DNA from: a virus
Taxonomy: Duplodnaviria; Caudoviricetes
Virus record (IMG/VR): IMGVR_UViG_3300033407_000066
Span: 1 to 37,688 of that record
Direction: 5' to 3' (one strand)
DNA: 37,688 nt
Numbering within the stretch: position 1 is the stretch's first letter; every line of letters starts with the position of its first letter. A program made the position numbers and the translations under genes. Below the pieces are notes generated by a model that was given only the letters and a program-made list of their open reading frames with translations, was not told the DNA's origin and searched no databases. This document shows positions 1 to 7,723 of this stretch, one piece after another.

Positions 1-452
1 GAAATAACTTGAGGGAAAGGAGCGTTCTTAACTCGGACACGTCCGATTGCTTCTTTATAACGTTCATGACTAATGAGTGTGACCTCATTAATTCCACAGT
101 ATCCCCAGTTTGGGCCTCTGATTTTCTTCTCAGCAGAAGCAATATACAACTTCCCTTTTGACCATGGGAATAGAAACCATTTATCTGTTTTATGATATCT
201 ATATCTGACTCTGTTATCGTCTAGTATTTGTTCAAATGTTGGAAGAACATCTTTTTTGAAATCAGCAATGGACGGGTTAACACATCCCCCGTCAACATTT
301 TTATTAAGGGCTGAAAGTTTTAACAACTTCATTACAAGTGAATATGTTTTTCCCCCACCGAAACCTGTAGACAAGTGTAGAAATTTAGAATGATCATCAA
401 TCTGAAATATGTGTTGGTGCTTATTTTTTTTATACCTAATTAATGCCTTCAT
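1..452 (-). CDS. terL: Terminase large subunit, 5' part (partial copy in terminal repeat)
   Basis: Copy of 36057..36508, running off the window edge. Confidence 0.9.
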   Translation of the reverse strand, partial: MKALIRYKKNKHQHIFQIDDHSKFLHLSTGFGGGKTYSLVMKLLKLSALNKNVDGGCVNPSIADFKKDVLPTFEQILDDNRVRYRYHKTDKWFLFPWSKGKLYIASAEKKIRGPNWGYCGINEVTLISHERYKEAIGRVRVKNAPFPQVI

Positions 453-467
453 TTATTTTTAAGATCG

Positions 468-492
468 AGTTATTCGGAATTTCCGAATAACT
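468..492. promoter_or_regulatory. Perfect 12-bp inverted repeat just upstream of the terL start
   Basis: AGTTATTCGGAA-T-TTCCGAATAACT; second copy at 36524..36548. Confidence 0.6.
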
Positions 493-610
493 GCCTGTCT
501 ACGCAGCATCCTCCGACGCCGTCACAATTCAATGGCATATCGTTAGAAGATCCGAAACGAAACCAAGCGCACCCATTTTCTGGGGAGCATTTTTTTTGAT
601 CACTCTTCAT
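470..610 (-). CDS. Possible 46-aa Cys-rich small protein between terS and terL
   Basis: Hand-translated MKSDQKKCSPENGCAWFRFGSSNDMPLNCDGVGGCCVDRQLFGNSE; fills the terS-terL gap; no clear RBS. Confidence 0.3.
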   Translation of the reverse strand: MKSDQKKCSPENGCAWFRFGSSNDMPLNCDGVGGCCVDRQLFGNSE

Positions 611-938
611 AGTCAAATTCTAACCCATCACATTCATCAGCATCGACAGGATTTTCAGTCATCCCTAAATATTGTTTTGATAACCAGATCTGCATTGTGG
701 TATTATTTCGAGCGATAGCATTATTCATCATAGCCCGTTTCAAACTTATATTTCCGTATTGCATCATCCTTTTAGAATATTCGGAATAATTCATCCCAGT
801 TTGTTCAAGAATTATTTTAACAAGTGTCTTTTGATCGATATTAAGGAAAGCTGCACATTCGGCTTGTGTGCAATGTAGTTTTAACAACTTGTCGAGGTCT
901 TTAAGATCTATTTTCTTTCTCGGTCTACCGGCTCCCAT
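600..938 (-). CDS. terS: Terminase small subunit
   Basis: GRP N-terminus, HTH (CTQAECAAFLNID), TMQIWLSKQYLG motif, directly upstream of terL. Confidence 0.85.
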   Translation of the reverse strand: MGAGRPRKKIDLKDLDKLLKLHCTQAECAAFLNIDQKTLVKIILEQTGMNYSEYSKRMMQYGNISLKRAMMNNAIARNNTTMQIWLSKQYLGMTENPVDADECDGLEFDYEE

Positions 939-957
939 AGTGTTTACCCCTAAAAAA

Positions 958-1554
958 CTAGTTTGTTTTTATAATATATCCGTCTGAGGTCAGTTTATCA
1001 AAAGTCTCGCTTTGATGATCGTGATCCATGCAGATGACACTAATAATATATTCTTTTGATTTTTCTTTCTTTTCTGTTGGAGTATCACCTACGTCGAGGT
1101 CGAATTTTTTTAGACCCAACCAATCCATGTCAAAGTCTGGTCCGAGATCTCCCATGATATCGTCAACGAGTGAAAAATCTAAATCAGACCATTCAGCGAT
1201 GCCGTTATCACTGACTAAAAACGCATTTTCCTGGTCAGTATCTTTGAATTCCTGGTAGACAACTGGCACTTCATTGACACCAAGTTTTTTATAAGCACGC
1301 AGTCGGCCATGCCCAGCTAGAACTAAACCAGATAAGCTTGATACGATGCACGGTACTCTAATTCCCTGATATTTTATTAACTCACACAATCGTTCAATTT
1401 GTGCTTGAGAATGTTTATTAGGATTTTTAGGATGAGGCTTTAGTTGTGAAATCGGTACCAGCTTAGTGTACTCGCATTTGATTTCAATTTTGTCGGATGA
1501 TTTCGTCTTGGAGGTCTGTGAATTCTCTTTTTCCGTCTGCCCATTCATGTGCAA
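958..1554 (-). CDS. ParB/Srx-like nuclease domain protein
   Basis: VPISQLKPHPKNPNKH, VLAGHGRLRA and SDN motifs typical of phage ParB-N proteins next to terS; start may be ATG 1548. Confidence 0.85.
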   Translation of the reverse strand: MHMNGQTEKENSQTSKTKSSDKIEIKCEYTKLVPISQLKPHPKNPNKHSQAQIERLCELIKYQGIRVPCIVSSLSGLVLAGHGRLRAYKKLGVNEVPVVYQEFKDTDQENAFLVSDNGIAEWSDLDFSLVDDIMGDLGPDFDMDWLGLKKFDLDVGDTPTEKKEKSKEYIISVICMDHDHQSETFDKLTSDGYIIKTN

Positions 1555-1861
1555 TGTTCTCCAAATTGACTTGATCGTCTATTTTTTTTTGTTTTAGGAT
1601 TCGCTCGGCGTCACTCATGTGTTTTTCATTGGCCATGCGTTCTATTTGAGAGATAAAAATTTTAGTCATGTCATAGGTGACTATTTTTATAGACTCTCTA
1701 TTCAGTTTTTTTACGTCACTTAACTGTTTAACGAGATTATTAATAAAAGTTGGGACACGTTCAGTTTTTAGTAGTGCTTCTTTTAAGTCAGAGTGCATCG
1801 GTGTAATTGTGATGTACTCTTTATAATCGTATTGAATTAAGCGACCCAGGTCGCCGAGCAT
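1484..1861 (-). CDS. Hypothetical protein
   Basis: ORF co-oriented with neighbours; true start may be internal. Confidence 0.6.
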   Translation of the reverse strand: MLGDLGRLIQYDYKEYITITPMHSDLKEALLKTERVPTFINNLVKQLSDVKKLNRESIKIVTYDMTKIFISQIERMANEKHMSDAERILKQKKIDDQVNLENIAHEWADGKREFTDLQDEIIRQN

Positions 1862-2395
1862 TTACAGTACGCCTTCGACTTTTGCGGGGGTCGTGATTTT
1901 AGATTGAAATTTTACAAACTCTTCACTGACTTTGCGTGGTTTTAATTTATCAGAGCGCACGTATGAAACTTCATGAGTATGTGAGTCATGTTCGAGCGGC
2001 ACGACTGTTTTTGTCACGTGTTTTGTGCGTCGATTTCTGACCTGAACGTATTTACAAGGGGGTCCGATTTTAATCTCAGGAGGATTTTGATCGTCTCCCT
2101 CTTTTACAATTTCAACTATATGAAAATGTCCGCCGACATGTGTTGATTTGTCCTGTTTTTTGCCAGTCGAATCGTACGAATGATAAACGTGAACATGTTC
2201 GAGCGCTTCGAGCAGCGGTTGTTGCCCGTCAATCGCCACATTTTTGATCATTTTTGAAACGTCTAATTTGAATAGGTCGTGTATGAAAAAAAAGTCGTTT
2301 CCGAAAACTCGGCCTGTCGATTTCGAGCGATCAATTTTTAAATTTTCTGTTTTGATTTCAGTTTGTGAATCGTGTGAATTTTTTGTCTTATTCAT
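1862..2395 (-). CDS. Hypothetical protein with three HxH clusters (possible metal binding)
   Basis: HVHVYH, HVGGHFH, HDSHTH; GGAG RBS upstream. Confidence 0.75.
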   Translation of the reverse strand: MNKTKNSHDSQTEIKTENLKIDRSKSTGRVFGNDFFFIHDLFKLDVSKMIKNVAIDGQQPLLEALEHVHVYHSYDSTGKKQDKSTHVGGHFHIVEIVKEGDDQNPPEIKIGPPCKYVQVRNRRTKHVTKTVVPLEHDSHTHEVSYVRSDKLKPRKVSEEFVKFQSKITTPAKVEGVL

Positions 2396-2544
2396 CGGTT
2401 TTTCTCCCCGAGTCGGTTGAAATTAATTTTGTTTAAGCAATGATGACATTCACAGTCAAGTTTATTCATTTAATATCATTAAGTAAAGTTAATCGGTTTA
2501 TATTGTGGCGCTACCTTTATATATGACAATTTTGTTTTTTTTAA

Positions 2545-2573
2545 TTGACAGGAATACTTCAATGCTGTACTGC
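2545..2573 (+). promoter_or_regulatory. Putative sigma70-type promoter (leaderless)
   Basis: TTGACA-17 bp-TACTGC, 6 nt before ATG 2580, no SD. Confidence 0.4.
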
Positions 2574-2579
2574 TTTAGT

Positions 2580-2744
2580 ATGACATTAACAAAAAAACAG
2601 ATCACCGAAATTTACATGCAAATAGCAGATTTGCAGGATGAAGTTTGGGCGGCGAAATACGCGGATTTTGACCAAATTAAAGTAAATGAGTTTAATTGTA
2701 AACAAAAAGAGTTGATACGACAAATTAAGGAGTTAAAAAAATGA
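2580..2744 (+). CDS. Small hypothetical protein (MTLTKKQITE..., 54 aa)
   Basis: Within ORF 2505..2744; ATGA overlap with the pentapeptide gene, whose AAGGAG RBS lies inside it. Confidence 0.6.
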   Translation: MTLTKKQITEIYMQIADLQDEVWAAKYADFDQIKVNEFNCKQKELIRQIKELKK

Positions 2745-3634
2745 CTAAAAAAATAACTACAGAAGAGCTGGGTGAAATTCTAGAATTACACAAAAAATGG
2801 TTAAACAACGAAGATAATGGACAACGCGCGAATTTGAGCGGTGCTGATTTGAGAGATGCTGATTTGAGAGACGCGGTTTTGTGCAACGCTGACTTGTCCA
2901 ACGCTGATTTGTCCAACGCTGATTTGAGCGTTACTAATTTGAGAAGTGCTGATTTGAGAGACGCGAATTTGAAAAATGCGAATTTGAAAAACGCTGAGTT
3001 GTGCGATGCGAATTTGAGTAGCGCGAATTTGAGCGAATCTGATTTGTCTAACGCTGATTTGAGCAGAGCTGATTTGAAAGATGCGAATTTGAGTAGCGCG
3101 AATTTGAACTGTGCTGATTTGAGTCAAGCCGATTTGAAAGATGCGAATTTTTCAGATGCGAATTTTTCAGATGCGAATTTGAGCGAAGCTGATTTGATTA
3201 ACACTGATTTGAAAAACGCTGATTTTAGTAGTGCGAATTTGAGCAGTGCTGATTTGAGTGACGCGAATTTGAGAGATGCGAATTTGAGAGATGCGAATTT
3301 GAGTAGCGCGAATTTGAACTGTGCTGATTTGAGTGACGCGAATTTGAGAGATGCGAATTTGAAAAATGCGAATTTGATCGATGCGAATTTGATCGATGCG
3401 AATTTGAACTGTGCTGATTTGAGTGACGCGAATTTGAGAGATGCGAATTTGAAAAATGCGAATTTGAGAGATGCGAATTTGAGCGATGCTGATTTGAGCA
3501 GAGCTGATTTGAAAGATGCGAATTTGAGTGACGCGAATTTGAGCAGAGCTGATTTGAGCTATGCGAATTTGAAAAATGCGAATTTGAGCGATGCTGATTT
3601 GAGCAGAGCTATACTAGATGAAACAGATGACTAA
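2741..3634 (+). CDS. Pentapeptide repeat protein
   Basis: About 50 tandem A(N/D)L(S/R/K)x repeats after the phage-type leader LELHKKWL...GQRANL; AAGGAG RBS. Confidence 0.97.
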   Translation: MTKKITTEELGEILELHKKWLNNEDNGQRANLSGADLRDADLRDAVLCNADLSNADLSNADLSVTNLRSADLRDANLKNANLKNAELCDANLSSANLSESDLSNADLSRADLKDANLSSANLNCADLSQADLKDANFSDANFSDANLSEADLINTDLKNADFSSANLSSADLSDANLRDANLRDANLSSANLNCADLSDANLRDANLKNANLIDANLIDANLNCADLSDANLRDANLKNANLRDANLSDADLSRADLKDANLSDANLSRADLSYANLKNANLSDADLSRAILDETDD

Positions 3635-3714
3635 AAAACTAAAACAAACTCAAATATTCTAGTAGAAAAATGAAATAATTTCTCAATTCCGCGCTCACCA
3701 TGTATTAAAAATAC

Positions 3715-6345
3715 ATGGCGATTCACCCAAGACTTATCAACCAATTATTCGAAAATCCAGAATTTCTGGTCGCACCGGACAGCATAGGATACGTAGTGCG
3801 CGATGTCATTAATATGAATTGGTGGAATACGTGCGGCGTACTCCTCGGCTATAAAAAAAACAAACGCGTAAACGGTGATTTTTCAGAAGTGCAAAAACGT
3901 ATCGCGGTTCAGCTCAAAGAATATTATTACGTGCGGCGTATCGCGATCAAAAATGAATCAAAATTTAGGCAGGAAATTCGTGGATATTTGATCGGAAATG
4001 TTAAAAAAATCGAGCAATTAAACGCATTTTCATACACGACTCGCATGAATCCGAGTCAATATTTCCATAAAAAAGACGGCACGACAACTTGGGTAGATTG
4101 CACGTCACGCGCAACGTATGCAGCAAAATATGTATTTCAAAATGGATATCAGGATTTCGATGGTCGCGCTCGATTTTTAGGTGCATCCGCTATTCTAAAT
4201 GCGATTGAGACCGGACGTTGCGAAGATCTTGGAATATCTGAATATTTTGATGACGGACATAACACTGTGAAAGCCGAAATTTTTAGTCAGAAAAATAGTC
4301 AATTGAGTGTGGGTGAGTGGATCGATAGACTGGGCGTTAAGATTTTGCCGAAACGTGAATGGCTTTTAGACGCGATCGGTCACGTAAAATCAGATCCGTA
4401 TAAAATAAACGAGGCACGAATTGTGGCGCAGGGACTGGCCCCCGGAGTCAACGAATTGTTGTATGGTTTTTCCACATCGTCGTCTGTTAAATTAGCGATG
4501 GCGGTGAGTGCTGCGAGTCGTGCGAGTGCTGCGAGTCGTGCGAGTGCTGCGAGTGATGCGAGTCGTGCGAGAGCTGCGAGTCGTGCGAGTTATGCGAGTC
4601 GGGCTTCGAATGCTTCGAGGGCTTCGCATGCTTCGGGGGCTTCGAAGGCTTCGACAGCTTCGGGGGCTTCGAATGCGGCGAATTCGAGTGACGCGGGATG
4701 CACCCACACCGCAGCAACTGTTTGGTCAAAATGTAACAAGGCGATTAAAAAACCCGACCACCTCGACTACCCTCCTGTTTTTAGGAAAAACATTTTTGGG
4801 CTTGCGGGAAATTGGAAAATCAATGCAGACATAGTGAAACGTTGCAACGTTGGTTATTTCGATCCGTTCTGTGTAGATGGGGAAACTGAATATCTATCCC
4901 CTTCCGGATGGGAAAAGATAAAAAATTATACCAGCGGACCTATAGCTCAGTATCTCCCATCGGGTGAAATCACATTTATAGATCCAATCCGATATATATC
5001 CGAACCTACAGAAGAGGACTTTTTAGAGTTTAATAATAGATCTTTGTCTATATGCGCTACATTAGACCATAGCATTGTTTACAACAATATTAACAAAGCT
5101 GGTCGGCCACTAGAAAAATTGCCATTTATTAAATTTTACGAAAATAGACACATGCGTGGAGTGAATCAAACCAAACGCATTCCAATTACATTCCAATACA
5201 CCCCCAATGGTTCTAATGTTTCAATATCAGAAGAACGTTTGAGGCTGGAAATAGCAATACAAGCTGATGCTCATATCCGAAAAAAATCAAGTACAGGGGA
5301 ATGGGAAGTTATATTTGGATTAAGGAGAGAGAGAAAAATAAAACGTTTGAAAGATTTACTCAACCTCAATGGAATATTACCGAGGGAATATAATTATATC
5401 AGACCAAATGGGAAACGCGACACTGTTGTTTCATTTAAAATGAAATCTATATTTGAAACACCAAAAAAGGAATTTCCCACGTGGTTACTCCACTTGCCGC
5501 AATCGCTTCGTGAAATCTTTGTCGAAGAGGTGATGCATTGGGACGGTTGTCAAGCATCTAAATTATACGCCACCAACAGTAAACACAATGCTGATATTGT
5601 CCAGTTTATGTTTGCATCATGCGGGTTTTCTAGCCAAATTGCATTGTCTGATAAAAACTATCGTGTTCAAAAAAGTTTGTTGACTACGTCTTCTATGACT
5701 ACACACGATCGCTGTGTGTTCATTGAAAAATTCAGGTTTGTAAAACATGCTATTAAATATTGTTTTACCGTCCCGAGCGGATCGTGGTTAATGCGTAGAA
5801 ATGATAAAATATGTGCTACAGGAAATTGTGGACACGGCACCACACCTCTTTACGCCAAAAAACATGGAATTAATTATCTCGGGTTTGACACAAACAAAAA
5901 AGCGTTTGATGAATATCTAAACATCATCAATGAAGAGTGTTCAGGTCATGGAAGCAACGTGAAAGTTCAGCTCCAAGATTCAACTGAATTTTTACCGAAA
6001 CTCGTTGGGCAGTTTGATTTATGTTATACAAGCCCGCCATATTTTAATTTTGAGGAATACGGGGGAAACACCGCGCACTACGATGATTGTAAATCATACG
6101 CTGATTTCCATAAAAAAATAACAATTCCCGTGTTTACAAATGTGTATGAATATTTAGTGCCCGGCGGGACGCTTGCATTGCAAACTGAGAAAAACGCAAC
6201 CGCAAAAAAAGAGTGGATTGATGTCATTAAACCGATCGGGTTTGTTTTAGAATCAGAGTTACTGACGGGAATTGAAAAACAAAAATATTCCACGCAGTCG
6301 AAACGCGATCAAAATTTATTGGTATTTAGAAAACCGAGTGTCTGA
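3715..6345 (+). CDS. Intein-containing amino (N4-C/N6-A) DNA methyltransferase with large N-terminal extension
   Basis: Removing the intein restores motif I YFDPF|CGHGTT; motif IV TSPPYF (SPPY at 6031-6042); LVPGGTL downstream. Confidence 0.88.
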   Translation: MAIHPRLINQLFENPEFLVAPDSIGYVVRDVINMNWWNTCGVLLGYKKNKRVNGDFSEVQKRIAVQLKEYYYVRRIAIKNESKFRQEIRGYLIGNVKKIEQLNAFSYTTRMNPSQYFHKKDGTTTWVDCTSRATYAAKYVFQNGYQDFDGRARFLGASAILNAIETGRCEDLGISEYFDDGHNTVKAEIFSQKNSQLSVGEWIDRLGVKILPKREWLLDAIGHVKSDPYKINEARIVAQGLAPGVNELLYGFSTSSSVKLAMAVSAASRASAASRASAASDASRARAASRASYASRASNASRASHASGASKASTASGASNAANSSDAGCTHTAATVWSKCNKAIKKPDHLDYPPVFRKNIFGLAGNWKINADIVKRCNVGYFDPFCVDGETEYLSPSGWEKIKNYTSGPIAQYLPSGEITFIDPIRYISEPTEEDFLEFNNRSLSICATLDHSIVYNNINKAGRPLEKLPFIKFYENRHMRGVNQTKRIPITFQYTPNGSNVSISEERLRLEIAIQADAHIRKKSSTGEWEVIFGLRRERKIKRLKDLLNLNGILPREYNYIRPNGKRDTVVSFKMKSIFETPKKEFPTWLLHLPQSLREIFVEEVMHWDGCQASKLYATNSKHNADIVQFMFASCGFSSQIALSDKNYRVQKSLLTTSSMTTHDRCVFIEKFRFVKHAIKYCFTVPSGSWLMRRNDKICATGNCGHGTTPLYAKKHGINYLGFDTNKKAFDEYLNIINEECSGHGSNVKVQLQDSTEFLPKLVGQFDLCYTSPPYFNFEEYGGNTAHYDDCKSYADFHKKITIPVFTNVYEYLVPGGTLALQTEKNATAKKEWIDVIKPIGFVLESELLTGIEKQKYSTQSKRDQNLLVFRKPSV
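4501..4695 (+). repeat. 9-bp tandem repeat encoding an (Ala-Ser-X)n tract
   Basis: GCGAGTNNT units followed by GCTTCGNNN units; protein ASRASAASRASAASDAS... Confidence 0.9.
4870..5826 (+). mobile_element. Intein (319 aa) with LAGLIDADG-like homing endonuclease region
   Basis: N-terminal CVDGETEYLSPSGW (block A), TLDH (block B), KYCFTVPSGSWLMRRN (block F), C-terminal ATGN followed by Cys+1; internal LEIAIQADA and VMHWDG motifs. Confidence 0.92.
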
Positions 6346-6371
6346 CTTATTAGGGGTTTGCCCTAACAAGT
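6345..6371. terminator. Hairpin between convergent genes, probable terminator
   Basis: ACTTATTAGGG-GTTTG-CCCTAACAAGT immediately after the MTase stop. Confidence 0.5.
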
Positions 6372-6474
6372 TCTAATATTAGGCTTTATTTCTCATAAAC
6401 CATATCCCCAATTGACTGAAGGGCAGTTTTCTGACACTTTTATACGTATATTTTATTTTTCTATATGCTTATAA

Positions 6475-6861
6475 CTATATGAAAATATGCGAGTAATCAA
6501 AATATGTATGCATTTGAGGCTTCTGTGCCTGGGAGAATATTCTTTGCCCGTGTTTTTTGTCGTTGTACATTTTAAGATAAATAGATTTATGCGTTGAAAT
6601 ATTCTTAGCCAAACAAATAACAGAATCGAATAGTGACCATTTGCACGTAGTCGCAAATTTTCGTTCCACTTCGATCAAAAACTGCATCTGTATTTCGGGA
6701 TCTCTGGATGACCATCCGTCCAAATCTTCCGCCAGTCTCCGAGCTGCATAGCGCATGAGATCGTCGTGCTTAAAAACTAACTCACTCAATAACTCGTCAA
6801 GGTTGTGCCCCGACAACTGGTCAGCTAATTGAGATGCATCGAGCGTGATTTTAACGTCCAT
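6475..6861 (-). CDS. Hypothetical protein
   Basis: 128-aa ORF with GGAG RBS. Confidence 0.65.
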   Translation of the reverse strand: MDVKITLDASQLADQLSGHNLDELLSELVFKHDDLMRYAARRLAEDLDGWSSRDPEIQMQFLIEVERKFATTCKWSLFDSVICLAKNISTHKSIYLKMYNDKKHGQRIFSQAQKPQMHTYFDYSHIFI

Positions 6862-6968
6862 TTGTTATTCTCCCACCGGAGACATTTGTTAGCGAATTTA
6901 ATTGCGTCTTCGAGTTTTTCAAACGCATCTGTAATAAATCCGGTTGGGTCATGCACGATATAAGTCAT
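6825..6968 (-). CDS. 47-aa hypothetical protein (not in ORF track)
   Basis: MTYIVHDPTGFITDAFEKLEDAIKFANKCLRWENNKWTLKSRSMHLN; GGAG RBS and ATGA overlap with the last Gly-X peptide. Confidence 0.55.
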   Translation of the reverse strand: MTYIVHDPTGFITDAFEKLEDAIKFANKCLRWENNKWTLKSRSMHLN

Positions 6969-7141
6969 TGTAAAACTCCGCTACCGTATCCGCTGCCGCT
7001 TCCGTATCCGCTACCGTCTCCGCCTCCGCTTCCGTATCCGTATCCGTATCCGCTGCCGCTTCCGTAGCCGATGCCGTCTCCGCCTCCGCATCCGCTGCCG
7101 TCTCCGTATCCGCCTCCGCGTCCGTCAATTTCGCCGCTCAT
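6965..7141 (-). CDS. (Gly-X)n peptide 5, 58 aa (not in ORF track)
   Basis: MSGEIDGRGGGYGDGSGCG...GYGSGVLQ; GGAG-7 nt-ATG; ATGA overlap. Confidence 0.75.
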   Translation of the reverse strand: MSGEIDGRGGGYGDGSGCGGGDGIGYGSGSGYGYGYGSGGGDGSGYGSGSGYGSGVLQ

Positions 7142-7404
7142 TTCAAAACTCCACGCCCGTTGCCGCTGCCGCTGCCGCTGCCGCTGCCGTTGCCGCTGCC
7201 GCTGCCGCTGCCGTATCCGCTGCCGTATCCGTTGCCGTCTCCGTATCCGCTGCCGTCTCCGTATCCGCTGCCGTCTCCGCTGCCGTATCCGCGTCCGTAT
7301 CCGTCTCCGTCTCCGTATCCGTTGCCGTTTCCGCTACCGATGCCGTATCCGCTGCCGTATCCGTATCCGCTGCCGTATCCGCGTCCGTCAATCTCGCCGC
7401 TCAT
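7138..7404 (-). CDS. (Gly-X)n peptide 4, 88 aa
   Basis: MSGEIDGRGYGSGYG...GNGRGVLK; start reassigned to ATG 7404 after GGAG. Confidence 0.75.
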   Translation of the reverse strand: MSGEIDGRGYGSGYGYGSGYGIGSGNGNGYGDGDGYGRGYGSGDGSGYGDGSGYGDGNGYGSGYGSGSGSGNGSGSGSGSGNGRGVLK

Positions 7405-7529
7405 TTCAAAACTCCACGCCCGTTGCCGCTGCCGCTGCCGTAGCCGCTGCCCCAACCCCAACCTGAACTATAGCCGATGCCCGACCCTGCACAATAGCCG
7501 CTTCCCCAACCATCAATTTCGCCGCTCAT
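7401..7529 (-). CDS. (Gly-X)n peptide 3, 42 aa
   Basis: MSGEIDGWGSGYCAG...GNGRGVLK; start reassigned to ATG 7529 after GGAG. Confidence 0.7.
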   Translation of the reverse strand: MSGEIDGWGSGYCAGSGIGYSSGWGWGSGYGSGSGNGRGVLK

Positions 7530-7723
7530 TTCAAAACTCCACGCCCGTTGCCGCTGCCGCTGCCACTGCCGCTGCCGATGCCGCCGCTGTCTCCTTCTCC
7601 GCTGCCGCTGCCGTAGCCGATGCCGTATCTGTAGCCGTAGCCGTAGCCGTAGCCCCAACCCCTGCCCGCGCCCGAACCATACCCGCCGAGTAACAAGCCA
7701 CCACTCTCAATTTCGCCGCTCAT
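7526..7723 (-). CDS. (Gly-X)n peptide 2, 65 aa
   Basis: MSGEIESGGLLLGGYGSG...GNGRGVLK; ATGA overlap with upstream gene. Confidence 0.7.
   Translation of the reverse strand: MSGEIESGGLLLGGYGSGAGRGWGYGYGYGYRYGIGYGSGSGEGDSGGIGSGSGSGSGNGRGVLK

Larger units (their letters stand above)
1..1632. repeat. Direct terminal repeat, copy 1
   Basis: Same sequence as 36057..37688 (offset 36056; duplicated ORFs 600..938/36656..36994 and 958..1554/37014..37610). Differences seen by eye at 57/36113 and 1629/37685. Confidence 0.97.
7125..7564. repeat. Three near-identical 52-bp cassette junction repeats (7125-7176, 7388-7439, 7513-7564)
   Basis: TCAAT(T/C)TCGCCGCTCATTTCAAAACTCCACGCCCGTTGCCGCTGCCGCTGCC; partial copies at 6965-6979, 7707-7723, 8154-8168. 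Confidence 0.92.

Noticed and set aside
958-1554. ParABS plasmid-prophage partition system
   Set aside because: No ParA and no HTH/dimerisation region; matches the terminase-adjacent ParB-N type.
2725-3127. Minus-strand ORFs over the pentapeptide gene
   Set aside because: Antisense shadows of the 15-bp repeats.
4487-4834. Alternative-frame ORFs over the 9-bp repeat
   Set aside because: Shadows of the Ala-Ser-X tract within the methyltransferase.
7125-7564. CRISPR array
   Set aside because: Intervening sequences are low-complexity, unequal in length and coding; no cas genes.
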